Source: an uncultured delta proteobacterium (lineage in GTDB: Bacteria; Desulfobacterota; BSN033; UBA1163). Taken from it: a stretch of DNA of 64,000 nt. Positions within the stretch are counted from its first letter, which is position 1, and each line of letters opens with the position of its first letter. The DNA is taken from positions 448,001-512,000 of the forward strand of contig CAWHBU010000006.1 in NCBI GenBank assembly GCA_963827685.1. Reading direction: 5' to 3'. The position numbers and the translations under genes are program-made. Under the pieces are notes generated by a model. The model was not told the DNA's origin. It did no database searches and worked only from the letters and a program-made list of their open reading frames with translations. Shown here piece by piece: positions 21,525 through 32,563 of this stretch.

Positions 21525-23221
21525 TTCAGCTTTTCAATTTCTCCGGGCTGAATCTTCGCCTTTCCTCGTCCACTCGGCCCTCCTTTCACATCGACCCGGT
21601 TCTTATCGATATCAAAAATGATCTCATCTCCCGAGACGATATTCTCCCCTTCCGAAACTTTCGGGTCACCCGTCAAAACCACTTTTTGGTCAAGGTTGTA
21701 AAAAACGGCCTTCTGACAATTGGCGACTCGAAGACCCTGTTGGATCTTCACATTTCCCCCGGCAGTCACCCGATCAATCCCCTTGCCGTCTTCAATGATC
21801 ACTGCCTCTAAAGAATCAGCATAGATCACTATATCCCTCTGTCGAGCAATGACATTCCCTGTGAAGATGATCAAATTCTCCTTCCAGTAGGCCTCCACTT
21901 TGTCGGAGGTGATATCGATGGGTTGGCTCTTATCCACAAGCTTGGCGTCCTCAGTCTCCAGAGGAATCCCCTTCTTGACTTTTTCTTTCTCCTTGGAACG
22001 TATCGGGGAACTCGGTAATGCGGTGTTCCGTTTCTCCTCAACAGGCTTTACCTCTACCTTCGGTGCTGTTTTGGCAGAAGGGGGAGACGGAGGAATTCGA
22101 TCTTCCTTTACCGGTTCTCCAGTTGGAATGGGTTCGACCTTCTTGGCTTCTATGGAGCGAGGAATGGCTTGGCGTCTCTCCTCTTGAATGGGTTCGACCG
22201 CCACGGGTGCCACTGGCTTCCTGGATTCTTCTTTAGGAGGAATTGCCTTAACCGACTCGCTCGTGACAGGGAGGGAAGCCAATTGCTCCTGCTCCTTCCT
22301 CGTCTCAACCTTTTTCTCCTCCTTCAGAGAAACAGGCTGTTTCCCTTCCTCTTCGAATTTGACCAAGGCAACCCTATCGGGTTCTATCCCGGCACCTTCG
22401 TCTTTCTTCTTGGACTCTTTGGTTTTGGTCTTGCGAAGAGAGACTTTCTTTTCCGATAGACCTTTATCAACAATGACTCTGGCTTCTTGATAATAGGGGC
22501 TTTTGGGATATTCGGTGACAATCTTCCTAAAGGCCGCTTCAGCCTTCTCCCATCGTTCGAGTTCAAGATAACTCTTTCCTAAGAAGTAGAGAGTCATATC
22601 CTCATCGGGGTCTTTAGGAAATTTTTCTAATAACCCCTCAAAACGTGAAGCAGCGGCTTGAAATCTTCCTTGTTTGTAATAGAAATTTCCAACATAGAAT
22701 TCATGGTCAGCCATCCGTTTTTTACAGACACCAATTTTTTCCTTTGCCTTCTCGGTAAAGAGGCTGGGGGGATAATTGGCGATCAGATATTCGAAGCTGG
22801 AGAGGGCCTTCTTCGAGGGAGTCTGATCCCGATCAAGGGTGAACATCTGATTGAAATAGGACATCCCAATTTGATACTGAACATAAGGAATCTCTTCATG
22901 GCTTGGATGGATCTTCTTAAACTCCTCATAAGCTGCAATCGCCTCTACATATGCTTTCTGTAAGAAGTGACAATCGCCGACCTTCAGTTCTGCCCAAAGG
23001 GTATAGGGAGGACTATCGGGAAAACTTGACTTCAACTCTTCGAATTTCTTCATGGCCTCGATATAGTCTCTTTTATTGAATCGAGCCAATCCCTGCTTAT
23101 AAAGGATTTCAGGATCTCCTTCAATTTTCTTAATATCCTTCCCCTTCCCACCACATCCAAAAAGAAGGGAGAGGGCGATAGGCAACAAGAGCATCCATTT
23201 TAGAAATATTCTCTTTTTCAT
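21521..23221 (-). CDS. bamD: BamD-like outer-membrane assembly lipoprotein fused through a Pro/Lys/Glu-rich linker to an LptA/OstA domain
   Basis: Lipobox LFGC; AELKVGDCHF, EFKKIHP, DRDQT, ADHEFYVGNFYYK (BamD); C-terminal PIDITSD..FTGNV.ARQ..AGGNVKI.Q..VVLTGDP..SGDEI (LptA). Confidence 0.85.
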   Translation of the reverse strand: MKKRIFLKWMLLLPIALSLLFGCGGKGKDIKKIEGDPEILYKQGLARFNKRDYIEAMKKFEELKSSFPDSPPYTLWAELKVGDCHFLQKAYVEAIAAYEEFKKIHPSHEEIPYVQYQIGMSYFNQMFTLDRDQTPSKKALSSFEYLIANYPPSLFTEKAKEKIGVCKKRMADHEFYVGNFYYKQGRFQAAASRFEGLLEKFPKDPDEDMTLYFLGKSYLELERWEKAEAAFRKIVTEYPKSPYYQEARVIVDKGLSEKKVSLRKTKTKESKKKDEGAGIEPDRVALVKFEEEGKQPVSLKEEKKVETRKEQEQLASLPVTSESVKAIPPKEESRKPVAPVAVEPIQEERRQAIPRSIEAKKVEPIPTGEPVKEDRIPPSPPSAKTAPKVEVKPVEEKRNTALPSSPIRSKEKEKVKKGIPLETEDAKLVDKSQPIDITSDKVEAYWKENLIIFTGNVIARQRDIVIYADSLEAVIIEDGKGIDRVTAGGNVKIQQGLRVANCQKAVFYNLDQKVVLTGDPKVSEGENIVSGDEIIFDIDKNRVDVKGGPSGRGKAKIQPGEIEKLK

Positions 23222-23421
23222 ATGAAACGTTCCCAAAAGTTCCATTATTATGATAGGAAGCGCTTAGGATGTCAATACAAAAATCCCTTTCTCAGTGAAA
23301 TTCAAGGTAAGAGATGGTTTATCCAAAAGCATCTTTTATCTTGAATTTCAAATGGAAAGCCCTTAAGATGAAAAGAGATTTAAAAAATGCTTGCCCACCG
23401 CGAGGAGGAAGGGAGCGACGG

Positions 23422-24588
23422 ATGCGAATCGGCATGGCAAAAAGAATTGATCAAATCCCTCCTTATCTTTTCGCAGAGATAGATAAGAAGAAAGAGGACC
23501 TGAGGAGGAAGGGAGTAGATCTCATTGACCTGGGAATTGGAGATCCGGACCTCCCCACCCCCAAACCGATTATTGAACGATTAAAAAAAGCGGCGGAAAA
23601 TTCCAAAAACCACCGGTACCCCTCCTACGAAGGGATGATTGAATTCAGAACGGCGGTGGCCCAATGGTATGAAAGGAGGTTTGGCGTCAAGCTTGATCCG
23701 GGAACAGAGGTGCTCTCTCTCATCGGTTCGAAGGAAGGCATCGCCCATATCCCTCTTGCCTTTGTCAACCCGGGAGATTATGTTCTGGTTCCTACTCCCG
23801 GCTATCCTGTTTATCGTGTCTCGACCCTTTTCGCCGGGGGCGCCCCTTATTTCTTACCGCTTCGTGAAGAGAATGGATTTCTACCGAACCTTTCTGAAAT
23901 CCCTGAGAAGGTAGCCAAAAAAGCAAAACTCCTTTTCATCAACTATCCCAATAATCCCACATCCGCCATCGCTGAGAAACCTTTCTTTGAAGAGGTCGTG
24001 ACCTTCGCCCAGCACTACCAGATCATCGTTTGCCATGATGCAGCCTATTCAGAAATCGCTTTCGATGGATACCAACCTCTCAGTTTTTTGGAAGTGAAGG
24101 GGGCCAAGGAGGTGGGAGTCGAATTTCACAGCCTCTCAAAAACCTTTAATATGACGGGATGGAGAATCGGATTCGCGGTGGGGCATTCTGAAATACTCGC
24201 CGGATTGGGAAGGGTGAAGACCAATATCGATTCCGGTGTTTTCCAAGCGATCCAGGAAGCCGGAGCAGAAGCCCTCAATCACCTTGACACTCCGCTTCCG
24301 GAAATCATTAACATTTATGAGAGACGAAGAGATGTGATGGTAAGGGGTCTTCAAGAGATTGGGTTAGAAGTACATCGTCCCAAGGCCACCTTCTATCTCT
24401 GGATTCGAGTACCAAGGGGATATACCTCCGCTCAATTCGCTACGCTCTTGATCGAGCAAGGGGGAATCGTCGCTACCCCAGGAAACGGTTTTGGAGAGGG
24501 AGGAGAAGGCTACATCCGAATGGCTCTTACGGTCGATGAAAAAAGGTTGAAAGAAGCGATCGAAAGACTGAAACGAATCAAATTCTGA
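23422..24588 (+). CDS. dapL: LL-diaminopimelate aminotransferase
   Basis: [51 protein letters not shown]. Confidence 0.88.
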   Translation: MRIGMAKRIDQIPPYLFAEIDKKKEDLRRKGVDLIDLGIGDPDLPTPKPIIERLKKAAENSKNHRYPSYEGMIEFRTAVAQWYERRFGVKLDPGTEVLSLIGSKEGIAHIPLAFVNPGDYVLVPTPGYPVYRVSTLFAGGAPYFLPLREENGFLPNLSEIPEKVAKKAKLLFINYPNNPTSAIAEKPFFEEVVTFAQHYQIIVCHDAAYSEIAFDGYQPLSFLEVKGAKEVGVEFHSLSKTFNMTGWRIGFAVGHSEILAGLGRVKTNIDSGVFQAIQEAGAEALNHLDTPLPEIINIYERRRDVMVRGLQEIGLEVHRPKATFYLWIRVPRGYTSAQFATLLIEQGGIVATPGNGFGEGGEGYIRMALTVDEKRLKEAIERLKRIKF

Positions 24589-24688
24589 AGACTTCTCTTT
24601 TTATAAACCTGTTGGATGGAATTCGGTCGTTTGCTATTTTCTTTTTACCTCTTCTTTGGTCCTCGAACAAAAAATAGGAGGGTATAAA

Positions 24689-26002
24689 ATGGAAGGACTT
24701 TTGGGAGAGATATTTCTCATTGCTATGCTTATCCTCTTAAGCGGCTATTTAGCTGGGACAGAGATTGCGGTGGTGACCGCGAGGAAAATCAACATTAAAC
24801 AGATGGCCGAAAGTGGAAAAAGAAATGCAAAAATCTTTCTAAAACTCAAAGAAGAACCGGACCGATTTCTGGCAACCATCCAGATCGGAATTACTCTGAT
24901 GGGTGTTCTTGCATCAGCAATTGGTGGTGCGGCATCCGTAAAGGTGATTGAACCTTTGCTAAAAGAGGTGCCGATCAAAGCAATATCTTTAGCAGCCGGG
25001 CCTATTGCCATCGGGATTGTGGTCGTCATCATCACTTATTTTTCTGTGATCTTTGGTGAACTTGTGCCCAAGTCGATTGCCTTGATGCATCCAGAAACGA
25101 TAGGACTCTGGACGGCCAGATCCATCGATACCTTTTCGAAGGTCGTTTCGATTTTTGTCAAAACCCTCACTTTCAGCACGGCCGTCATGCTCAGACCTTT
25201 TGGCGAAAAACCGTTTACTGAGAGGGCCCATGTTACTGAGGAAGAAGTGAAGATGCTGATCAAAGAAGGCGGGAAACACGGCGTATTTGAACCCACGGAA
25301 GAAAAAATCCTCCAAAGCGTTTTCGAATTCACGGACATGTCCGTGAAAGAGGTGATGGTTTCGGATACACAGATGATGATGATTCAGATTGATAAATCGG
25401 TTCAAGAAATCGTTTCACTCATCGAAGAGGAACAGTTTTCTCGTTATCCTGTTTTCGGAAGGGAACTCAATGACATCAGGGGAATCCTTTATGCAAGAGA
25501 ATTCCTCACCACTCTCGCAAAAACAGGACAGGTCGATATCCGAAAGATCATCAAGCCTCCCTATTTCATCCCCGAGACGATGAAAATCAGCCTCCTCTTA
25601 AGGGAAATGCAAAGAAAGAGGATCCATATGGCTCTGGTGGTGGATGAATACGGCGGGATCTCTGGTTTGGTCACCATCGAAGATCTGATTGAAGAGATCG
25701 TTGGGGAAATCAGAGATGAATATGATATCGAAAGCCCTGTGATTCAACTCTCGGATGGAACGATGCTGATCGATGCGTCAATCAGCCTGAGGGATCTGAA
25801 AGAGGACCATCAGATCTCGTTACCGGAATCACCTGAATATGAAACCCTGGGAGGTTTCTTGATGGCGATCCTCCAGAGGATTCCTCAAGCCGGTGATATG
25901 GTAGAAATTGAAGGGAAGCGGATAAAAATTGTCGAAATGGTGGGACAGAGAATTTCAAAGGTAAAGTTAGAAAGGTTACCCGAACCTGCCGAAAAGAACT
26001 AA
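24689..26002 (+). CDS. HlyC/CorC (CNNM-CBS-CorC) membrane protein
   Basis: [18 protein letters not shown], tandem [26 protein letters not shown]. Confidence 0.92.
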   Translation: MEGLLGEIFLIAMLILLSGYLAGTEIAVVTARKINIKQMAESGKRNAKIFLKLKEEPDRFLATIQIGITLMGVLASAIGGAASVKVIEPLLKEVPIKAISLAAGPIAIGIVVVIITYFSVIFGELVPKSIALMHPETIGLWTARSIDTFSKVVSIFVKTLTFSTAVMLRPFGEKPFTERAHVTEEEVKMLIKEGGKHGVFEPTEEKILQSVFEFTDMSVKEVMVSDTQMMMIQIDKSVQEIVSLIEEEQFSRYPVFGRELNDIRGILYAREFLTTLAKTGQVDIRKIIKPPYFIPETMKISLLLREMQRKRIHMALVVDEYGGISGLVTIEDLIEEIVGEIRDEYDIESPVIQLSDGTMLIDASISLRDLKEDHQISLPESPEYETLGGFLMAILQRIPQAGDMVEIEGKRIKIVEMVGQRISKVKLERLPEPAEKN

Positions 26003-26107
26003 GAAGTATAGTGCAAATCAGATATCCAGTTTGCGTTGAGCTCATAGGGACTGATGTAGAAAGAGGATTCATCGACTTTGTGCGGGCAGAATGAAGGCGG
26101 ATTATTT

Positions 26108-26485
26108 TTATTTAAAGATGGGATTTGCTTCCGCTGCCAATTCTTGAGCGATTGAGATCCTTTGATCCTTATCTTCTGGCCACCCGACAATATCTGCATG
26201 CCTTATTGGAGGAGGGTCAGTGGGGGCGACAACTAAAGCCTTTGATAAAATGTTAAAAACCCTTATATCAGCTCGTCCCAATAATGGCTTCCCTCGCATT
26301 CTGGCAACTTCAAGACCAATTTCCCAAATTTCAACGTTAGTAATCCCAGAAATCCTGCAGACCGACGTCCTACCATTATTGTTTGGCATAAAAGCTTGAT
26401 GCTTTATTGTGCGATTTGCCCTAAAATGGTTCTTATCAACTATAAATCTTGATAAATATTCAAACGGATTGATCGCCTCGGGCAT
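26108..26485 (-). CDS. Hypothetical protein, possible ADP-ribosyltransferase/RES-like toxin
   Basis: 125 aa; third gene of a coupled cassette; SRF..AFMP..TSVCR..RHADI.GW pattern (fold is inference). Confidence 0.6.
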   Translation of the reverse strand: MPEAINPFEYLSRFIVDKNHFRANRTIKHQAFMPNNNGRTSVCRISGITNVEIWEIGLEVARMRGKPLLGRADIRVFNILSKALVVAPTDPPPIRHADIVGWPEDKDQRISIAQELAAEANPIFK

Positions 26486-26486
26486 A

Positions 26487-26987
26487 TTATGAATAAAGCC
26501 TATTTAAACCTGTTAATACTATCGCAGGGAGAGAATCAGAAAAATATTCGGTTCCATGGGTTTTGTTTATTCCAAATAATCCAGCATACACAATACTGTT
26601 TTTTCCAGAAACAGTAACCACAAATACGTGTCGATTATCTCTATACCATTCTAGTGATATTTCCCCATCGTTGTCGGGACTAATCTCAGGCAATGGCAAA
26701 TTCAGGTTAATAGGTAAACTTTTGACGAAGCTTTCTGCTTCATGGTACGCATCTTCAGATAGGGGTAGTGCTCCTTCTCCATCCCAGTTCGGGACAGAAT
26801 ATTCTATGAATATCCTGCGAAGGTCCTGAAGGATCTTGTCTTGAGCTCCTAAGGTTTCTGTTTCCACAAATCCTTCCACAATACGATCCATATATCCCTT
26901 TAATTTTCCAGAATCAGCGCTAATTCCTATGGCTGAGAAGTTCGTAATACTACTGCAATCAACACAGGCAATTGCTCTTGTTGTCAT
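26487..26987 (-). CDS. Hypothetical protein (NWDG.GA motif)
   Basis: 166 aa; NWDGEGALP..PEISPDNDGEISLEW; ATGA overlap with the upstream gene. Confidence 0.7.
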   Translation of the reverse strand: MTTRAIACVDCSSITNFSAIGISADSGKLKGYMDRIVEGFVETETLGAQDKILQDLRRIFIEYSVPNWDGEGALPLSEDAYHEAESFVKSLPINLNLPLPEISPDNDGEISLEWYRDNRHVFVVTVSGKNSIVYAGLFGINKTHGTEYFSDSLPAIVLTGLNRLYS

Positions 26988-27730
26988 ATATAAATCTCCT
27001 TTAACTTTTCTGTGATAAACCCAAAAAATATTTGGTTCTTAAAATTCCGCATCTTCTCGAGGAGATTCCAAGCTTCTCTTTCCTCAATTCCTGCAGTTCG
27101 TTCTTTATTTACATCAATATCCAATATTACTGGAAGTTTGGGCATTTCTACAGGCATTGCTTCAAGTGCCTGCGTGATTATTGCATTGGCTTCTAATTCT
27201 GGCACATGAACATTCAGCCGGATCAAAAAGCTATGAACTCCCTGAGGCAATCCTTCGGGAAGAACTGGAGGAGCTACAAGATAATCAGCAAAATCTATTA
27301 CTGGCATCGGAATATTCAGGTTGTTTATGTATCGCAGGGCAACCCTGGTGATGGCTTCTGGGAGTACCGCTTCCTTGTACAATAACCATAATCTATTTGC
27401 CTCATTTCTAAATTCTTCCCAACTTAAATACGGAGGGAGTCTGTTATAAGTGAAACCATCAAGTCTTGCTTGGAAGATTTCGTTCTTATTCCTCGAAATG
27501 TAGCGGTAACCAGTTATTCTTAAAGGAACTGATTGTACTAATTCAGAACCAGGCTTTAATGCAAATTGCAATTGAGAGTGTCTTTGCTCTTGCTTCTCCG
27601 GATAACTTTCATTAACCTTCTCATAAACAGAGTCGATTCTTTTAACATCAAAATCACTAGGCAGTTTTACCCTTAAGTCAATAAGGGCCTCTTTAATAGG
27701 AGCTTTTGTTAATTTTGGATACCCTTCCAA
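26984..27730 (-). CDS. TIGR04255-like protein
   Basis: KAPIKEALIDLR, PYLSWEEF, RVALRYIN, ILDIDV, KNQIFF..IT. Confidence 0.8.
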   Translation of the reverse strand: MEGYPKLTKAPIKEALIDLRVKLPSDFDVKRIDSVYEKVNESYPEKQEQRHSQLQFALKPGSELVQSVPLRITGYRYISRNKNEIFQARLDGFTYNRLPPYLSWEEFRNEANRLWLLYKEAVLPEAITRVALRYINNLNIPMPVIDFADYLVAPPVLPEGLPQGVHSFLIRLNVHVPELEANAIITQALEAMPVEMPKLPVILDIDVNKERTAGIEEREAWNLLEKMRNFKNQIFFGFITEKLKEIYI

Positions 27731-28051
27731 ATTTAAACCTTCTTCGATGAGGTAATTTTCTAATATTTCTACTATTTTTCTAAAATCGTGTCAATCCAAT
27801 CGAAATTTTTAGAAAAATCAGTTGGTTAATTTGTTTTGCTCTACCATTGGGAGATTTAGGTTCTAGAACATTCTGAGGTTAAGGCATTTTCCCCGATTTG
27901 CCCCCCTTAAAAAAGGGCCAACCGTTGTCAAGTCGTTTCAGAACCTACGCCCCCTTTCTTGTCGGCATTTCAACTGATCAGTCTGCAAATCATAAATCAG
28001 GATATGGGTCTATTCGGGGTACCCGTGTCAGGAAGCTCATCGTAGCGAGGG

Positions 28052-29038
28052 TTACTTCCGGAACATGGTCTCGGGGGGTACCCCTTCGTTCAGAATCAGA
28101 ACTTCTACTCGTCTGTTGAGTTGTCTTCCGCCGGCAGAGTCATTGCCGGCCACAGGGAATTGCTTCCCATACCCCTTTGTGATAATCCGATCCGGGCTAA
28201 TCCCATTTGCGACCAACTGTTCTTTCACTGCATCGGCCCGTTTCTCAGATAGAGCCAGGTTAAAGTCGTCCGAACCGACACTATCGGTATAACCCTCAAC
28301 CAATATGTTGCGCGTTGGATTTTTTTGTAGAAAATCAGCTACCTTTTCAACGTTTCGAATGCCGCCTGACAACAATGTGGACTGACCGAAGGCAAATAAT
28401 ACATCGCCCATGGTCAAGACGACCCCTCGCTCAGTCTGCTGGGCCTTTAATTCGGAGAACTCTTTTAAGAGCTGATCCGTTTCGGCTTTGGTTTTTTCAG
28501 CCCTCTCTGCTTCCGCCGTGGCTCTCAGCCTCGCCTGTTCCGCTTCCTTTTTCGCTTTTTCAGCGGTCACTGCTTCCGCCGCGGCTGCTGACCGTGCTTG
28601 TTCAGCCTCCCGTGCTTTCGCCTCGGCTTCCCTTTTCGCCAGATTTGCCTCCAGAACCCGCTTTTGGAGAAGAAGATCGGTCGCTTCCTTGCTAAGAGCC
28701 TCGGTCTCCTTTTCAACCCTCTTCCCTTCTGCGATGGTCACAGCAGTTTGGGCTTTCTTTTCGGCAAGGTAGCCCAGTTGCTCCATCTCCACATAATCCT
28801 TAGTCTGCTCTGCTGCCTGTAGGATTTTACCTGCGTCAGCCAGCGGGGCTGGGGCATAAATCTCAACGTTTGGATTGGCCTTCGCCTGCCCATAAGCGGC
28901 GTTGGCACGCTCTAAACTTCTTTTGGCCCTGATTTCCTGCTGGGAAGCGCATCCCGTGACAAATAATAAAATGAGTAAACTGAACGGAATGAGTAATTCC
29001 AACCCTCTTTTGATTGATGTGGGAGCAATAACGGTCAT
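28052..29038 (-). CDS. DUF4398 / coiled-coil / OmpA-like peptidoglycan-binding lipoprotein
   Basis: Lipobox VTGC; DVLF, EGYTDSVGSDDFNLALSEKRA, RQLNRRVEV. Confidence 0.9.
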   Translation of the reverse strand: MTVIAPTSIKRGLELLIPFSLLILLFVTGCASQQEIRAKRSLERANAAYGQAKANPNVEIYAPAPLADAGKILQAAEQTKDYVEMEQLGYLAEKKAQTAVTIAEGKRVEKETEALSKEATDLLLQKRVLEANLAKREAEAKAREAEQARSAAAAEAVTAEKAKKEAEQARLRATAEAERAEKTKAETDQLLKEFSELKAQQTERGVVLTMGDVLFAFGQSTLLSGGIRNVEKVADFLQKNPTRNILVEGYTDSVGSDDFNLALSEKRADAVKEQLVANGISPDRIITKGYGKQFPVAGNDSAGGRQLNRRVEVLILNEGVPPETMFRK

Positions 29039-29060
29039 GGTCTATTTCCTCCTTGAAGAG

Positions 29061-29447
29061 TTATTGTTTGGACAAGAGTTCAATTTCCTGTCGTAGGGTG
29101 TTGATGCTTTGACGTAACTCCTCAGCTTTCTTCTTTGCCTTCTCGGAGGTCCCTTTGGCGCGAGCGTAATCAGCATCGACCAAAGCCTGCTCAGCCAGGC
29201 GGGTAGCTTCTTCATAGTCCTTTTTGCCGAGAGCTGTTTTCGCTGCCCCAAGTTTATCCTGAGCGGCCTTCAGCTCGGTGGGCGCATTGAGACTAGCATT
29301 ACTTTCCTCAGCCTCATTGACCGCCTTATCAGCCTGGGAAATTTTCTCCTTTGGAAGGGCAGCATAGGTAGCACACCCACTTATGAGAAGCAGGCTAAGA
29401 ACTGCAACGCCAGCAAACAACTGTTGTAATCTTCTCTTCCCCTTCAT
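29061..29447 (-). CDS. DUF4398-like lipoprotein
   Basis: Lipobox ISGC; APTELKAAQDKL..A..LAEQALVDADYA; typical partner of the OmpA gene. Confidence 0.8.
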   Translation of the reverse strand: MKGKRRLQQLFAGVAVLSLLLISGCATYAALPKEKISQADKAVNEAEESNASLNAPTELKAAQDKLGAAKTALGKKDYEEATRLAEQALVDADYARAKGTSEKAKKKAEELRQSINTLRQEIELLSKQ

Positions 29448-29906
29448 TTAATGCTCCTTTCCGTAATTCATTTGGATAGATTGCTTTGAGGTCCTTATCG
29501 ATTTCGGGTTGTCAAGTTTTGGGTTAGTTTTCCTCAGTTCGACACGTTCTTGAGGTTTTTTAGATCCCTGACTTGAATCGTCAACATATTCCCCTCAGGC
29601 CTCACGAAGGTCACAGCAGGCGAATTCTTGACGATCTTCTGGACAAACACCGTTTCATTATAACCCTCGCGAACTCCTCGGCGCAAGAGTACTTTTCTGT
29701 ATGTAATAAGGGTTGGGAGCAAGAAAGAAGATAAGGGCATGAGATTCATTAAGGAGGGCGTCAAGTCTACATCACTGGGACAAATAACTGGGGACGGCTG
29801 TAATAAAATGTAGCATTTGAAATCGGTTATAGCTTAATGATTTAATTGTTCTCCCTGTTTCCTGATCACCCCATCTTCTCAACTCCCCATTACCTCATCT
29901 CCTTAT

Positions 29907-31325
29907 TCAGGAAGTCTCTTGCTGTCCTCCAACCACCAACTCCGGAATTCTCAGAGTGGGTTGGGCATCGGAGACCGGAACCCCTTGGCCATCCTTCCCA
30001 CAGGTCCCGATCCCATACCCGAGATCACTGCCGACCATATCGATATCTTTCAGCACCTGGGGTCCGTTGCCAATAAGGACGGCTCCGCGGACCGATTCTC
30101 CGACACTTCCTTTTTCAATCAAATAACCCTCACTGACTTCAAAGATAAAATCACCATTGACGGTATTGACTTGCCCACCGCCCATCTTCTTCACAAACAA
30201 TCCCTTTTCTACAGAATGAACAATCTCTTCGGGCCGCATCTTCCCCGGAAGGATCATCGTGTTGCTCATCCTGGGAATCGGTTTATGCTGATAGGACTCT
30301 CTTCTTCCATTTCCACTCGATTCCACCCCGTCTTCAAAGGCGGATAGCCGATCATAAAGATATCCTCTCAAGATTCCCTGCTCCACCAGGATCGTTCTTC
30401 GAGAAGGGACCCCTTCATCATCAAAGGCATAGGACCCTCTTCTTTGAGGAAGGGTGGGATCATCTACTACAGTGATCAGAGAAGAAGCAACCTTTTCCCC
30501 AATTTTCTTAGAATACACAGAGAGCCCTTGCTGGGCGAGATCTGCCTCCAATCCATGGCCAATGGCTTCATGGATCATCGTTCCTCCTGCTTCGCTCGAT
30601 AAGACCACCGCCATTCTTCCCATCGGTGCTTTTCTGGCCGAAAGCATGAGAAGAGCTCTCTTTGTGGCCACCTCAGCCACTTCCTCGGGAGGATGAAGAT
30701 CAAAGAGCTCAAAACCCACCGTTCCTCCTGCCGGTTCATATCCGGTCTGGACAACATCCCCTTTCGCAGAAACGACCTGTACGGAGAAAATGGTCCCCAC
30801 CCTTTCCCCTTCTGTCAAAATCCTCTCTGAATTTGAAATAGTAAGCTTTTGATGGACATCCCGATAGAGAACTTTCACCTGCTGAATGTGGGGGTCCAGT
30901 CTCCGGGCCACTTCATTGGCTCGTTTCACCACTGAAACCCTCTCTCCCATGGAGAGCCTCTCAGGATGTTTCTGAATGGGATAAAGGGATTTGGAAATCG
31001 GAAGAGACGAAAGTGCGGCCCGAGGTGGCTCGGAAAAACGATTTATCCTTCCCTCTCCACCTTCTTTCGCAGACCGACTTATCCGTTTAGCTAAATCGAG
31101 GAGAGATTCTTTTGAGATCTCTGTTGTAAAACCATAAAATGTTTTTCCACCAAAGAGAACTCGAAGTCCCACCCCCATATCCAGACCTGAGATGACCTTC
31201 TCGATACGATCTTCTTCACAGAGGATCACCACCGAATGGGTCTGTTCAAAAAAGAGGTCTGCAAACTCCCCTCCTCCCTTTAGAGTTTCTTTCAGTATCT
31301 TCTCGTATGGAATCCCCTCTATCAA
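29907..31325 (-). CDS. tldD: TldD/PmbA family metalloprotease (TldD)
   Basis: HEAIGHGLEAD, DDEGVP, GNGRRESY, PRMSNT, CGKDGQGVPV; probable TTG start at 31325. Confidence 0.9.
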   Translation of the reverse strand: MIEGIPYEKILKETLKGGGEFADLFFEQTHSVVILCEEDRIEKVISGLDMGVGLRVLFGGKTFYGFTTEISKESLLDLAKRISRSAKEGGEGRINRFSEPPRAALSSLPISKSLYPIQKHPERLSMGERVSVVKRANEVARRLDPHIQQVKVLYRDVHQKLTISNSERILTEGERVGTIFSVQVVSAKGDVVQTGYEPAGGTVGFELFDLHPPEEVAEVATKRALLMLSARKAPMGRMAVVLSSEAGGTMIHEAIGHGLEADLAQQGLSVYSKKIGEKVASSLITVVDDPTLPQRRGSYAFDDEGVPSRRTILVEQGILRGYLYDRLSAFEDGVESSGNGRRESYQHKPIPRMSNTMILPGKMRPEEIVHSVEKGLFVKKMGGGQVNTVNGDFIFEVSEGYLIEKGSVGESVRGAVLIGNGPQVLKDIDMVGSDLGYGIGTCGKDGQGVPVSDAQPTLRIPELVVGGQQETS

Positions 31326-31511
31326 TTTCCCTCTCCGCGCGAATTTAGGAATGTCAAATGCCAAAGTTCGCACAAAGTGATGAACCAAAGGTGAATCAAT
31401 GTCAATTCAAATCCAAAGTCCAAATGAGATGCCGAAATAAATTCGGCATGAGGTGAATGTCATTCTGAACTTGTTTCAGGATCAGGGTCTTCGATTTCAG
31501 AATCCAATTTC

Positions 31512-32563
31512 GCCAGTTCAATAATGAAGTGCAACACTTAGGGTGACGTAGTATCCTAAGTATATGGAAAAGCTAAACTATCAACATCTCTCCAGTGAAG
31601 AGAGAGACAAAATTGCATATCTTCACGCACGAGGTAAAAGCATCTCGGAGATAGCCGAGAGTATCGGGCGAAACAAAGGTTCCATTTCACGAGAACTCAA
31701 GCGTAACCGATCGCCCATCTACAACGTTTACTTGGCCAATAGGGCCCATGAAAGAGCCGTTAAACGAAAACATGAATCCGTCCAACGACAGCGAATACGC
31801 AATCCTTTGATCCGTAGGTATATCATGAAAAAGCTCAAGCTCAAATGGTCTCCCGAACTGATTTCAGGAAGACTTTCTTTAGAATATCCAGACCTTCGTA
31901 TCAGCCATGAGGCCATTTATCAATTCATCTATGATAAATCGATCCCTACGAAGCAGAACCTGGTGCCCTATCTGACTCGGGCTCACAAGCGCCGTAGACT
32001 CCGTACCCATTCGCACCGGCATAAGACACTCCATATTCCACGACGGATCTCCATCAAAGAGCGTCCCCTGGAGGTCCAAACCCGGATCCAACCCGGCCAT
32101 TGGGAAGCTGATACGTTAATCTCCCGAACAAGTAAGGCCGCTTTAGCGGTAGCCCTTGAGAGAACCAGTAGACACCTGCACTTGGCCAAATTGCCTGCCA
32201 AGACCTCACAGAACTTGCGATGTGCCCTCACTCGCAGACTCAGCCGTTACCCCCAACCCCTTCTCCGCTCTATCACCTATGATAATGGTTGCGAAAACGT
32301 GGAGCATGAGTATACTAACAAGGTGTTGGGAACCCAATCCTACTTCTGTGAACCCTTCCATAGTTGGGAAAAGGCTTCTATCGAAAATGCCATCGGGCTG
32401 ATCCGACGCTTCTTCCCCAAGAAGACGGATTTTAATCTGGTTCCCAAAGAACAAGTCAAACGCGTCGAAACTTTACTTAATACGAGGCCACGAAAATGCC
32501 TCAATTATCGAACGCCCAATGAAGTTTTGGGCTCATGTGTTGCACTTCACTGTTGAATGCAGC
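31512..32563 (+). mobile_element. IS30 family element inserted within a heptamer-repeat/REP element
   Basis: Imperfect IRs TTCAATAATGAAGTGCAACAC (31517-31537) and GTGTTGCACTTCACTGTTGAA (32537-32557); host repeat arms at 31350-31426 and 32564-32612; exact ends approximate. Confidence 0.85.
31564..32556 (+). CDS. IS30 family transposase
   Basis: ISRELKRN, WSPELI, GHWEADT, ITYDNG.E, WEKASIEN, LNTRPRKCL. Confidence 0.95.
   Translation: MEKLNYQHLSSEERDKIAYLHARGKSISEIAESIGRNKGSISRELKRNRSPIYNVYLANRAHERAVKRKHESVQRQRIRNPLIRRYIMKKLKLKWSPELISGRLSLEYPDLRISHEAIYQFIYDKSIPTKQNLVPYLTRAHKRRRLRTHSHRHKTLHIPRRISIKERPLEVQTRIQPGHWEADTLISRTSKAALAVALERTSRHLHLAKLPAKTSQNLRCALTRRLSRYPQPLLRSITYDNGCENVEHEYTNKVLGTQSYFCEPFHSWEKASIENAIGLIRRFFPKKTDFNLVPKEQVKRVETLLNTRPRKCLNYRTPNEVLGSCVALHC

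Noticed and set aside
29534-29764. 76-aa minus-strand ORF
   Set aside because: No recognisable motif or clear RBS; possibly a remnant, cannot be supported
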